From contig CM052832.1 of NCBI GenBank assembly GCA_028534125.1, forward strand, positions 20,276,001 through 20,340,000: DNA of 64,000 bases, in the 5' to 3' direction. The position numbers and the translations under genes were made by a program. A model generated the notes under the pieces. That model ran no database searches. It saw only the letters and a list, made by a program, of their open reading frames with translations, and was not told where the DNA came from. Position 1 is the first letter of the stretch; each line of letters begins with the position of its first letter. This stretch comes from Lama glama. Taxonomy: Eukaryota. Shown piece by piece: positions 37,286 to 50,524 of this stretch.

Positions 37286-38351
37286 AATAAACGTCTGCTT
37301 AATAAAAAGCAGAATGTGTTTGAGCAAAAAATTCCTGTTACGGTGACAGAGGGAAAGTAGAATCATAGCTGGAAGGTTCGTCACTTCCAGTCTGTATTTT
37401 GAGAAGACCATTCCCAGATATTGTTTGGATGGAGAATGTGTGAAGGATCAAAATCTACAACTTCCGTGTGAGTTCAGCTTCAAGCTAAGCTGGCCCAGAT
37501 CTCTCAGAACCGACACGTTGTGACCATGTACTCCTAGACTGCTTCCTCAGTCTTCAAGACCCAGAACTTTCGGCTTTCCAATTACATTACTATCAGCATC
37601 ATCACTTTTAAAGAAACATGCAGAGTCTTAAGACCCCAGATACTGCTGCTGCCACCTTTGAATCCTGGTGTATGTCTAAACATGGTGCAGATGCTCTTGT
37701 GGGCATGCTCAGTTGACCATTTAAATCCTAATTCAGGTTAGCCCAGTCATTCTTACTATCTCATGATATCAACCTGTTTCAAGGAACAAAGTTTTCCTTT
37801 ATAATTTTCAAATAATACATTCAAACAAGTACTCAAGTGAAAGCCTTGAAATCAGGGGGGAATTGGGCTTTGATATGCTGAATGCTTGCTTTGGAAAGAG
37901 CTACACCAAAGTTACCAGAGCTGCAGGAGTTTGGGGAGAGTCTGTGCATTCATTCGTAAGTACGATTGCATGTGATCACCTAATTTTCACCTAGTGTGTA
38001 TTTACCGTTTGTCAGTGTTGCCCACACTAAGTCATTCAATGTGAATTATAGCTATTATTTTATTATTATCATTATGTGGAAGTATATAGTACTATGCATA
38101 TATATGACAATTTTTAATACATAGATATACATATTTTTTTTGATTCAGGATAGAGAACTTCCAGTGTCAGAAGGTTTGTGAAGAAGTTATTCCATGCAAT
38201 AGACATTCAGATCATTTCAGTCTGTGGCATACACAGACCCTTTGTTATTAAACACATGAGAGCTTTGCTTCCAGGAAGCGTAATCTTAGTTGTTTCCTCT
38301 GAGTCAGAATTTGAATGCCCTTCTCATGGAAAATGTAAATTGAGAAAGTGT

Positions 38352-38359
<8 letters not shown>

Positions 38360-38386
<27 letters not shown>
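38360..38386. repeat. (CT)13 microsatellite
   Basis: Direct reading. Confidence 0.95.
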
Positions 38387-38392
<6 letters not shown>

Positions 38393-39014
38393 TACCCTCT
38401 CTCTCCTTCATAACTCTTCCAGCCAGCCCTCATACTTCAGGAAAATAAATCTTTGGCCAGAGAATAAATAAGCAGTTGTTATTTGGCCTATTGTCTGGTG
38501 ATTCATAGATACACGTTTGTAATGTTAAATATTTATAGCATTTATACAACAGGACACATTTTTCCCATCCATTTCATATTTTTCCCCTAAATTCCAAGAA
38601 GAGCCTTGACATTGAATCTTTACTTTGGAAAGAAACAACTACTCCAAAAATATGCTAACCATCTACCCCTTTGTTTGCATTCTATTCAGTGGCTTACATA
38701 AATATGCAAGATTTACAGAGAGAATGTAAAATGAAATGCTTGACATTCTCCTTGGTGCTCCCAGCATTCCTCCTGGGACCAGACCACGCTTGCCCCACAC
38801 CTCATCACTGTGGACCACTGGTGCCAGATGAGGATGTTAGCAAGAAAAGAGAAGTGGGTCATACGAAACCCTCAGAGCGTGGCTGTGGGGGAGCACAAAA
38901 TAGAACTGTCACTACATAGGCATGCCACAAATTGAAGAGTTTTAAGGAATAGAGAGGAGCACGTTTCTCTGGATCAACTCTCCAAAGATGTTCTTAGACA
39001 AAGTTTATGTTCTC

Positions 39015-39387
39015 CCAGATGTAGTTGATGTACAATATTAGATAATTTCAGGTTGTATGACATAATGATTCACAATTTTTAAAGGCTTTCTCCATTTATA
39101 GTTATTATAAAACATTGGCTATATTCCCTGTGTTGTACAGTATATCCTTGTAGCTTATTTATTTTATACATAATACCTTAATCCCCTCCCCCTGCCCCCA
39201 CTAGTTTGTTCTCTATACCTGTGAGTCTGTTTCCTTTTTGTTATATTTGCCAGTTTGTTTTATTTCTTAGACTCTATATGTAAGTGACATCATATGGTAT
39301 TTGTCTGTCCCTGTCTGATTTAATTCACTTTGCATAATACCCTCCAAGTCGACCTATATGGTTGCAGATGGCAAAATTTCATTCTTC
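39015..39387 (-). mobile_element. 5'-truncated L1 3' UTR
   Basis: gatgtagttgatgtacaatatt...ccatttatagttattataaaacattggctatattccctgtgttgtacagtatatcc...gttgcagatggcaaaatttcattc. Confidence 0.88.
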
Positions 39388-39654
39388 AGCATTTCATATT
39401 TTTTAAAAGCCTGCTCTATTTATAGAAGCTTTAATTTCTGGTAATCTCTTAAAAGTTTCATACACATTTACACACATGCCAATTTCCAAGTATTAGGAAG
39501 ATGACTTGTTCGTCAGTGAAAATGATGGTCTTGTGTTAACTGGTTCCCTCATGAGTGGCCTCTGCAGGTTTACCTCTCTGTTTTCCTGAATTGAGTGCTT
39601 CCTCTCACATAGTCTGATCATCACACTCAGGAAAATAAATTATCTATGTATAAG

Positions 39655-39812
39655 CCAGTATTTCCCCAAAGGCATTCCCACAAAAGACACTGTCAAAAAG
39701 CAGTGTCATGGGAATTTGATACATTAGGATTCCATTTCAAACATGTTCAGAAAAATTGGGGTTACATAAAATTGAACAGGTTTCTTTAGGTAGGATTTCT
39801 CAGAGCCTTCAT
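39655..39812. mobile_element. MER112-like fragment
   Basis: aaattgaacaggtttctttaggtaggatttctcagagcctt, similar to 28100-28145. Confidence 0.45.
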
Positions 39813-40300
39813 GAGTTTGTGCATGACAAAGTTCCAAAAAGAAAATACCATCAACATTCTTTTTTCCTTCCTTCAGCAAAGCAGTGGCAGGGCATTTTTG
39901 AGTCTCAGTCCAGCAAAGCACTGGGCTCGACAGCACAGCTGAATACTCCGTAACTAAACTTCCAATCTTGGCTAAGGTGTATGTGGGCAAAGAGTCATAG
40001 AGGGTGTCCCCTCTTCTACTTGGTGATAGTACAGAAACCAGAAGGCTATGTTTGGTTTTTGTTTCATGTTTCTTCCTAGCGTCCAGTGCCTATTTCACAA
40101 TATTTCAATAGGCAGTGTCCTACAAGTTCTGTTATCACCCCAGCCACTTGTTGGAGATTACCATTACATACTGTAAAAAATTATAAAAGTTAACATAAAG
40201 GAATGCTTTAGAATTTGCATAAGCACTTGGCATAAATGAGTCAAAAGTAATTTTGTTACCTCCTGAATTGAATCAGATCCCCAATTATTTTGAGGGTCAT

Positions 40301-40475
40301 TGTTTCGTTTTTGAAATTTTTAAAACTGATGTATAGTTGACTTAAGAGTATTATATTAGTTTTAGGTATACAGCATAGTGATTCAATGTTTTTACAGATT
40401 ATACTCCATTGAAAGTTATCACAACGTAATGGCTACAAGTCTCTGCTCTACAATATATCCTTGTTGCTTATCTAC
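40301..40475 (-). mobile_element. Short 5'-truncated L1 with 11-bp TSD
   Basis: actgatgtatagttgacttaagagtattatattagttttaggtatacagcatagtgattca...; TSD ttgagggtcat at 40290-40300 and 40476-40486. Confidence 0.88.
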
Positions 40476-42779
40476 TTGAGGGTCATGTTTTTGATGCCAG
40501 GTGATCTCTGACAAAAAAGGGGGAAAATAGAAACCCACAAGCCTTGAGATCAGGCAGCTGAAAGTGAAGGAGGATCTACTCGGAGAGGTTATGAGAAGGC
40601 TCTCTCCTGCCACTGCTTACAGAACAACACTGCCCGTAACAGAGGCATGTGAATACATGGTGTGAGTATTTGGCAGGTAAGCACCAGTGGGCTAAATAGC
40701 ACAATACCCACTCTGTGAACAAAATCTATTGGAAAAAAAATTTTATTTTGGTCATTCAGTTGGTGGTTTTACTAAATTTCTTAAAACAACTGGCTTGATT
40801 CATGCCTTCATTAAAGAGTTTGTCTTGATCAAGTTGACTAAATTCACAAGGTGTTTTGTTTTCAGACTGAAGAACCAGACGGGGACTAATGCCTTCAGGC
40901 ACAGAACAGTTAGAACATTCATTAGGTAAGTTCCCCACTCGTAGGGCCACCATGATGGCCTTACATTTGTTAGCTTGTTACAACTGGTAGTCTGTCTAGG
41001 GGACTTGGAGAAGCACGGGGTCTCTGGTAGAGGAACCAAAGAGTTCACATTCAAATGCTTGACTGACAGTTGAGAGACACTAATGACTGAATTGAGCTTA
41101 GGTGAAAATTAGGTAGGAGTAACAATGCCTTTCTTAAATAACTTGCTAACATGTGTTAAGGGCCTATCATGTGAACGGAATAGGATGAATCCTACTTCTT
41201 CGTTCATGACAGATTTTTATGGTGCCAGGCTGGGTGCTATTTGTTTGATTGATTGATTGCTTTAGTAATACATGAAAGACCAGTGACCCACTGGTCTACA
41301 CAGAAACTAAACATTAGAAATCATTTCCATGTGATCTTCCTTCATTCATCTTACTCTCTCACTCCAAGTCTACGTAAATATATTAGCACAAATGCTATTT
41401 TGGATGTGGCGTGCCCACAGGTTTCACGTAACACGTGTTGATGGTGCACACATTGCCTTCTCTTTTTAAGAGCTATCATGTCATGTCTTTACACAACTAC
41501 TTGAGAAGGTAATCTCCAATTCCTGTCAGTTAGCTGGCCATTCTTGGTCTATATGTTTAGCAGTGTCCACTCAGCCAGTATTAATATCACCTACTTGTAG
41601 AGAGTACTACGCAGTTTGCAAACCACTTAAATAGCTCTCATCATTTCCTCCTACTTCTATAACTTAAGCACGATTCATGCCTCAGGAAGGAGTATATGTG
41701 AACTGTATTCCAGTGCTCTCTTTTCCACGACATGGAACCTATGATCTCTCTATCCCAGTGAAATCAGCTGGGCTAATACTGCCCCCGGATAGAATTACAG
41801 GACTGAAGCAGAGCTGTATTCCTTCTTTCATTAAATTGACCTCGATGGTAGATGATGAGACATCTATTTTGGTTTTTTTCTGTCTGGCCTTGAAGAACTT
41901 TGTGCTAAATCAAATGTAATTTGGGCCATTGTTTCTCTCCTGCTCTCAAATCTTTGTGTAATTCTGGAAAGACTTGTACAGGAGCCCAAAATCTGTTTTC
42001 AAAGTGGAGACAAATGCTTATCCCTGCTTCCCCTGCAGCTGTCTTTTCTGGGATTGTGTTGTTTTACCTCTTTGATTATAGGCTTTAAAAAATCCAGGGA
42101 GAGTCTAGTTGGGGAATAACCTTGAGGGATCAGATTTCTGGAATTCAGACAATTGATCAGCCTTTCTATTATATGTATTATTTTGTACTGAGATATTGTG
42201 CAGGTCCAATAAAACCACAAGCATTTGGCTTAGTGGAAATGAGGGGAGGTATATTTGAATTGATGAAAAGAAATATGGATTATGAACTATTTTTAATCTT
42301 GGTTTTATTATTCTCCAGTCCCCATAATTAGTACAAGTCTAACAAAGCATTGCTTGGTGGTTGTCTTTAAGTGACTTTTCTTAGTTAATAGCTAATAATG
42401 ATTTGTAATTAGGAAATAATTTAAATGTAAATAGATTCTTCTGCACTGCCTACCAACACTTGAAAACAATTTGTTCTCTTAAATAGCCTAGAAATTACCC
42501 AGGCAGTCTTGATGATACTGTTAATTTTCTTGCAAAAAAAATTCTATATAAGAAGTACAAAGGGAACTGCAGCTCTACCTCTGCCTGAATTGTAACACAT
42601 TTCTAAGTAGAGTACAAATTCATGCGGCATTACTGGCCATTGGTGTAGCAGTCAATACAGGGGAAAAAAAAGTGTGTGCTGAAAGAGAATTTAGAAAGCA
42701 CCTCAGTAAGTCACTGGATGCCTCAGAAAAATACTTAAGCCTGGTAACTTCATTAATCTTCCTTACAATTTCCTATGAC

Positions 42780-43040
42780 AGTGTTCTCAAATTGGAGGAT
42801 AGAGAAGCCAGAGAAAGGAAAATGCATTAGGATATTATTAATCTGGATTGAAAAAACGAGAGAAGAGTCTAGATGGGAGGTATTGAGACAGCAAAGTAAG
42901 ACAGTAGCAGTGGGAATGTGCAAAGGTAGGGAAAGTGGTAAGAAGCTTTTACAAAGGGGACAGGTGGGATTTGGTGAGATGTGATGTGTGGAATTTGAAA
43001 GAGGATGAGGGGGGAAGGTGATTCCATGCTTCCATGCATT
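42780..43040 (-). mobile_element. L2 fragment
   Basis: gaggatagagaagccagag...gtagcagtgggaatg...ggatttggtgagatgtgatgtgtgg. Confidence 0.45.
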
Positions 43041-45274
43041 GGAACTGATTCCATCATTTCTCCAATGTTGGCCAATCATCACAAAGAGGACTGAGAGGGA
43101 AAATCAAGATTGCTCAGCCTCAAAGGTACCACACACATGGGAAAAGAATTCAGCACAATGAGTGGTTTACCCTGTTAATTTTGTGGACAAAATCTTGATA
43201 CTGATGCGCTAATATTATAATTGGTATATAACTAAAGATCTTTTTTTTCAAATCTTGTCTTATTTTTGATGTTCATCTCATAAGAAAAAAAATTGCACTC
43301 AGAAAAAACCAGGTAGACTTTCTACTTGCTTCATTCTGAGGAGGCTGAGGACTACATATTCACCAGGATTTGTGAGTAGTCAGGGTAGGAAACCTTCAGG
43401 TCCCACGAACCCACCCGTGTCTACATAAGGTTTTGATTCAGTCTGAATGACTGAAATTCATTTTCACTCCTGCCACCGTGTTTCCATGGTGGATTTCTAC
43501 TCAAGATTCTAAAACCAGTAGCAATACTGTTACCATTTTATGTCTGCAAACCTTCCTACCAGCTAGAAGTAATTGAATATCCCCTCATCACCACTTCCCG
43601 GGCACTTGGTATATCTGAGTTACAACATTTACTGCATATATATTACTATATTTGGTTTCTAATAACTTTTTTGAATAATACAGTTATACAATATACACAT
43701 TTAATTAAGTGACTGTCTCCTTCTCACCTCTATTTAGCATCCAAGCAAACACTATCTTGCCATTCCTATGCTCAGATAGTCTTCATAATTGTTTGTTCTT
43801 CCAACATTTATTTCTGAACTTAGAAACAAATTCAAATATATTATTTTTTGTCCTTCCCTGACACCCACCAGAGGACAGCACACTGTCCACTCTGTTCTGT
43901 TTCTTGCATCTTCACCTAACAATACTCCCAGCAGATAATTCTTTTTCAGCCTACAGAAAAGATTTCTCATTTTTATTTTCAACTGTATCCTAGTCTATGG
44001 AATGTATCATTTATTTAACTTGTCCACTATGGATGAATATTAAGTTGCTTCCAATCTTTTTCTAATAGAAATGGTGCTGCAAAAATTCCTTTGTATATGT
44101 AATTTCACATGTGTGAAATGTGTGTGTTTTAATATGGAAGAGATTTTTCCAAACTGACCTCCATCAGGTAAGAATTTGCACTCCTACCAGAAACACATGA
44201 AGTCCCTGATTCTGTGTCCTTGTTGACAGAATACGTTATTTAACTACTGCACTTTTGCTAATTTGTTACATGAAATTTTCTGTCTCCTATCCACATTTCT
44301 TTTATTATGAATAAGGTTTAACAAATTCTTAATATCTCTAAGTATTTATTTGGTTTTCTATTGGACTGTTATTGGTCTTTTCCTTTAAAATTTCTAGGGG
44401 TTTTTGATACATTAAGAAAAATTGAATTTTTTCTGTGATATTAGTTTATCTTTGTTACTGTTTCTTTCCCATACTGATAGGTTGGGTTATTTTGTTGTTC
44501 TTGCTGTTTACCATCTAGAAGGTTTTTATTTTTAATTTCAATATTTAAGTATTCAAATCTATCAGTCTTTTCCTTTATGGCTTCTGGGTCTTGAGTTACA
44601 ATTTAAAGTTTTTTTTCCACTCCAAGTTTACAACAAATTAATTATTCTTTGTTTTGTTTTACTAATTTTATTGCTTCTTTTTTTTTTCCTTTAAACACTG
44701 GATTCACTGGGAATTTATCCACGTGTAAGTTTGGGTTATGAATCTAGGCATCACTCATTTTTTATTTATCTTTTCCACAATAATTTGAGATGTTCTTTGT
44801 ATTTTATATAAAGTTGACCCTAAGGCATCAGAGTCCATTTCTAGACCTTCTGTTTCATTGGTTTGTCTATCCAGGCAAATTTACCACACTGTTTTAACTA
44901 TTAATGCTTTGTGTTATATGTTAGTATCTGGTAAGGCTAGTCTCCTAGAAACTTCCCACTGTTTCTCTTCCTTTTTTTCAATGATTCCCTGAAATTCTAA
45001 AACTTCTAATAAAGTTGCTGGCTAAAAAAAAACCCTAGTAGTATTTTACTGGAATCACATTAATTTCATAAATTAATTTATGGAAACCTGACATATTTCA
45101 TCTTCCAAAACTAGAACATGGTGTGTCTTCTCATTTTTTCCAAGTCTCTTGGGCTCCTTGTATACTTTTTTCAATTTATTCCTAAGAATTTTATCCTTTT
45201 GTTGCTATTGTAAGTGGGATCTATTTCTCATTATAGCATTTAACTGAATGCCAGCTGTGTATATGAACCACTGT

Positions 45275-45860
45275 CTTTTTACTGAAGTATTGTTGACTTA
45301 TTAGTTTCAGGTGTACAATGATTCAATATTTTTATACATTATGAAATGATCACCACTATGAGTCTAGTTGCAATCTGTCAGACATTATATATACATTATA
45401 TATAATATTATTGACTATATTTCTTATGTTTGTACATTATATCCCACGATTTATTTTATAAATAGAAAATCCGCTTTCCCTATTTCAGCCATCCCCCTAC
45501 ACATGCCCCCTCTGACAACCCCTAGTTTGTTCTCTCTCTCTGAGTCTGTTTCTCTTTTACTATGTTCTTTTGGTTTTTAGTTTCCACATATAAATGAAGT
45601 CATGTAGTATCTGTCTTTCTGTTTGACTTACTTCACTTAGCATAATACCCTCTAAGTCCATCCATGTGTCAACAAATGATTCTTTTATGGCTCAGTAATG
45701 TTCCATTGTGTATATAAATATATCTCACATCATCTTTATCCATTCATCTATCAAAAGACACTTAGGTAGCTTCCATATCTTGGCTATTGTAAATAATGCT
45801 GCAGTGGACATTGGGGTGCATGTGTCTTTTTGAATTAGTGTTTTCAGCTTTTGGGGGATG
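45275..45860 (-). mobile_element. Younger L1 3' UTR nested in the old L1
   Basis: ttttactgaagtattgttgactta...gaaatgatcaccactatgagtctagtt...cacttagcataataccctctaagtccatccatg...ggtgcatgtgtctttttgaattagtg. Confidence 0.88.
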
Positions 45861-47004
45861 AATATGAAGTAGTGATTTAATCTTATACATTTTGTATCCT
45901 AATTTATTAATTCTATTCCTGTAGCTTTATTCTCATGGTAATTTCAAATAGCCTAGGGGCTGGTATCTCCAGAACAAAGCTGAGGATTAGGGCTGCTACT
46001 GGTAGTTTGCCTCATTCCTGACTTCAGTGTGAGTATGTCCAATGTTTTCCATAAAACTGGCTTTTAATGCTGCGAGAGACATATACATTTAACATGTTAA
46101 GACATGATTTAGTGTTTTGAAACCAAAAAAGTGGTTATTGAAGTTTTTCAAATTCTTTTTCAGCCTATACAGAAATACAATTTTTCTTTCCCCTCAGATC
46201 TATTTATTAATGTGATTTTTAAAAAAGTTTGGAGGCTTTACTTCTTTTCCTATTTTTTAGACCAGTTTAAATGGCACTGGCATCATCTACTCTTAAAAGT
46301 TTGGTAAAATTCAAAATGGAACCATTCTGGCCTGGGATGTTTGAGAAACTAGCTTCTCTATCTTCCAGAGAAATCTGTGGAAATTTTTGGGTTGATAACT
46401 TCTAAGACTGTATCCATTTCAATAAGATTTATACATACTTGTCAAGGGTTTTTTAAAAGTTGGCTTAAGATTGTTTCTTAAATGTCTTTAGATCTGATAG
46501 TTATTTCTACATAAAAATTCTTATGTGGCTGGTTGGCACATTTCCCGCTCCTTTTCCCATCACCATCTGTTTATTCCTTAACTGGTTTACCCGAGGCTGT
46601 GTGGTTTTTTGTTTTCTTTCCCCAAAATTAACATTTTTACACTACTAATCTTCTGTTTTCTAACTTATTTATATCTCCTTTTCTCTATTAATTTCTTCCT
46701 CTTGTCTTTTATTCTTTCATTTAGATCATTTTCTTTTCTTTTCCAGCTTTTTAATTCAGATATTTATTACATTGTATTTTTAATGGATGCATTTAATACA
46801 TTTTCTTTTGATTGTGGTTTTTGCTGTACATTATCTGTTCTTACAGGTACTGTTTTCATTACTGATAATTTCTCAATATTTTGCATACCCAACTTGAATA
46901 GCCTTTCACTCAAGTATTGTTTAAATTTTCCCATGGATAAGTAAGTGTTTTTTCATGTTTTGTTATTAAGTTTTAGTTTCATTGCATTGATTAGAGAATG
47001 TTGT

Positions 47005-47366
47005 TCTTACAGTCTGAATGTTTATATCCAAAATTTGTATGTTGAAGCCATAACTCCCGAAGTGATGATATTTAGAGGTGGGGATTTGGGAATTTTTTAG
47101 GTTTAGATCAGGTCATGATGGTGGTGTCCTCATGGTAGGACCTTCTAAGAGACCAGAGAGACTGCTCTGTCTCTCTCTGTCCACCATATAAAGACACAGA
47201 AAGAAGGCAGCAATCTGCAAGTCATAAAGAGGACTCTCACCGGAAGCCTAATTAAACTAGCACCTTGCCCTTGAATCTCCCAGCCTCCAGAACTGTGAGA
47301 AATAACTGTTCTTTAAGCCTCCCACTCTGTGGTGTTTCCTTTTAGCAGCCCTCAATGACAAAGACA
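47005..47366 (+). mobile_element. MaLR solo LTR (MLT1A-like) with 5-bp TSD
   Basis: tcttacagtctgaatgttt...gcctccagaactgtgagaaata...aaagaca; TSD gttgt at 47000-47004 and 47367-47371. Confidence 0.88.
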
Positions 47367-48057
47367 GTTGTCTCTCATATTTTTTGAAATGTATTAAGAT
47401 TTTCCACATGGCTGTATAAGTGGCAAATTTTTATAATGGTTCCACGGGAACTTGTATGCAGGTTCTGTATTTCAGAGTGTGCAGCATTTACTATAACAAT
47501 CATGAGGACCATATTAATTACATATCAATCTTTTATACCCCTATCTGTCTACTTAATCTGGCGTGTACTAAGAGTAGTGAATTAAGATTCTCCATTTCCT
47601 GTATGTTTCTACCTCTTTCTCTGTCTCCTGTGTTTTCTGCATCATGATCTTTGCTGCTATGTTATTCTTATTAATTCTGATAATCTCCCTGTATATTATA
47701 TTGTTTCTTAATATACAGACAAATCACTAGTGAATAATAACAAGTTTTCTCTCTTTCTAATACATACAGTTCTTTTCCTTTTGTGTTTCACTATCTATGC
47801 CCTGAAAAAAAGTGACTCTGGGTTTTGTTGCCAGTGTCATGACTTTAAAGGGAATGTTTCTACCCTTTCCCATGATTATGAACCATGAACATTACTATTG
47901 TTGGAAGATGTCCTATATCAGATTAAATAACTGTTAATCTTATCCTAGTTTAATAAAAATATTTCATAGTCTATTAAATATCTTTCTGCTTATATTGCTC
48001 TAATTATGTTTTTTCCTAAATCTGAATATATATGATATATAGATGCCCTTGCATTCT

Positions 48058-48082
48058 TTTTTTAATTGAAGTACAGTTGAGT
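48058..48082 (-). mobile_element. 25-bp L1 3'-tip insertion with 12-bp TSD
   Basis: ttttttaattgaagtacagttgagt between two copies of cccttgcattct (48046-48057, 48083-48094). Confidence 0.75.
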
Positions 48083-48654
48083 CCCTTGCATTCTATCTAT
48101 CTTTCCTTTTTAAAAATTTTTCCCACCCTGCTTCCCCTTAGTCATTTGTTGATTGCTTTCATTATATTGTTTACTTATTTTTCTCTATACCATTTCTTTC
48201 TCCTTGGATTTCTTTATTTCTTCCCTCATTTTTCCTAGAGAAGCTCCTTAATGTACTACCTATAAAAGGATATGTGAGGAGTCACTGCACATCTAAGAAT
48301 GCTTTTGCTATCACAGTAACTAACATTTTGGCTGGGTATAGAATTTTAATTTGAAAATAATTTTCTCTCAGTGCATTAAGGTAACATCCTCCCTCCAACA
48401 CCCACTACCTGCCAAGTTGCCAAGGAGACTTCTTATGCAGCTTTATTCTCATTCCTTTGTTGCACTTTTTTTCCTTTTAAACCTGGAAACATCAGAGATG
48501 TTAATTACTGAGTATTTTCTCTGTGTTATGTCTTGATATTAGTATTTAATGCATGCATTTTTGAGCATTTTCATGTTGAAATTGTGTTTTCAGTGTTCTG
48601 TTTTTCTCTGAATCATACAAGATGGATTTTGAGGCTCCTAGACTCTCAATTGCC

Positions 48655-48775
48655 ATCTTTACCATTTTAAGTATGACGAAACTGTTGGCAGAAAATTTAA
48701 GCAGTTTGCCCAGAGTCAAACAGAACAAGCTGCAGAGCTAGGATCTATCCTGAAGCGGACTGAAGCTTGAACAAA
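48655..48775 (-). mobile_element. MIR fragment
   Basis: ccattttaagtatgacgaaactgttggcagaaaatttaagcagtttgcccagagtcaaacag. Confidence 0.65.
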
Positions 48776-50470
48776 ACAAGGGTGAGCATGTGCCCACTGT
48801 TGCACTGAGAGTTCCTTTGGGGACAAAACTGTGTCTTACTCATTTCAGATCTGTTCATTTCACAAATTCTTTAACCTGTCCCAACCTTTTATTCATTTTT
48901 CAAAATGAATAGACACCTCATCACTTTTAGATCCCTAAATTCTGTCTACAGTCTGCATTTGACTATCCTGTGCTTCCTCAGACACCCTCAGCCAATGCTC
49001 TGATCTTGGCTCCAGGATCATCTCTCTCTCCCTATTTATACTGCAGAAACTGTCAGCAGAAGTCTTCTAGTAACTGTGAAACCTCTCATCAATAGTTATA
49101 TAGACATTTGAATTAAGAGATGGATATCCTCAGTAGCACTTCATTGCTTCAAATGCAAGAAAGCATGAATGAGCATCTGTTGTGTTGAAATATGAAAGAC
49201 CCGGAAGATAAAGGAGGAGAGAAGAGGCATGTTATTCTAAAACAGTACTGAAGCTTTTCACGTATAACATCATCCTCCAGATCAGAATGTACTTAATTAT
49301 GTACTATAACAATATGAACAAAAGCATGTTGCATAAAAGATGAAAGAATACTCAGAGATGTTAACCAGTAATAAATTCAAGTATTAAATTAGGCTACAAA
49401 GAGGTACAAGACTTTTTGGAGGTATCTGGCTTTTTTCATCATGTACTTCATTCATTTCTGTATTAACCTCTGTACTTCCATTTCTCCTGGATTTTCTGAT
49501 TACTTTTTTAGACTATTTGGCAGGTCATTTTCCTACATTTCATTCTGACATATGATTGATTTGTAAATTCAAGGGCAAGTAAAGGAGTTTGCATCTTTAC
49601 CAACTTCTAGAATCTTGAATTCTGGCTTTATATAGTTAACTGCTGCCTTATGTCAAATGGTTTTCTCACTTCTATTAGCGTTACTTTTTTTTTTAAATTT
49701 ATATTTAACAAGGTAGACTTCACAAGTTAAATGGATGCCAATTACCCTAAAATCTAAGCTGACTTTTACATGCAAGTCATTCCTATCAAATTAGTGTTCT
49801 CTACAGATTCCGTAGATAGCTGTCAACACAATGGAACCTAAGCATCAATTTTAAGCAGTTTTTTTTAAGTTTATAATATTAGTTTGATTGTGATTACATA
49901 TCCCAAATTTATTTAATTTTGTGTCAGATACTAAGGAGCTAGGTGAATTTTTTATATTATTACATTTTAATCATCTTAACATTTAATTTATATCCTTTTC
50001 TGTTTCCTTTTCCATCTACAGAACACATTTCTTTGGGTTTGTCACACAGAATTTAAGCAATTTTCCTGCAATTAAATGACATTTTATTTTTCTAAGTGAA
50101 TCGATGGCTAGGGTGATGATGGGCCCTGGAGGCTAAAGTCCTGCTTATTAATAATAAGTGCTTCCTCCCACTCACAGACTCATTTAACAGCCTTACTATT
50201 TCTTCCTTACACCATGGCTCGTAGTCTTTTTCAACAAGGACTGAGATGCTAAAGCTCAGTTTTAAAGTTGTTGAAGATACAACAAAGGGGACTTTCTGGC
50301 ACTTCTCATTCAAATCCTACCCATCTAGACTCAAGATCCACCAAGCTGATGTATGGAGTTATCTGCAAAATAGTGGAGAAGGATATATAGATCTTTTTGG
50401 AATTTTTCTATTCAAAATAAACCAGGACATTGAACTAAAAGTAAAACTATTATAGTGAAAACTCCATATG

Positions 50471-50524
50471 CCAGAAATTGACAGTGTTATAAACTGACTA
50501 TACTTAAATAAAAATATATTTAAG
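50471..50524 (+). mobile_element. 54-bp L1 3'-tip insertion with 12-bp TSD
   Basis: ccagaaattgacagtgttataaactgactatacttaaataaaaa...; TSD aaactccatatg at 50459-50470 and 50525-50536. Confidence 0.8.

Larger units (their letters stand above)
43770..48540 (-). mobile_element. Long, heavily decayed old L1 (L1ME-like), with nested younger insertions
   Basis: Continuous T-rich reverse-L1 motifs: ttgcttccaatctttt, atcagtcttttcctttatggcttctggg, ccacactgttttaact, tttattcctaagaattttatc, tgcctcattcctgacttcagtg, tttggctgggtatagaatt. Confidence 0.7.

Noticed and set aside
46609..48238. Phe/Leu/Ile-rich, membrane-protein-like ORFs
   Set aside because: Artefact of the T-rich antisense strand of an old L1
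49990..50030. Strong polypyrimidine/acceptor-like site (another at ~63710-63738)
   Set aside because: No convincing paired donor or open frame; such tracts are common in introns
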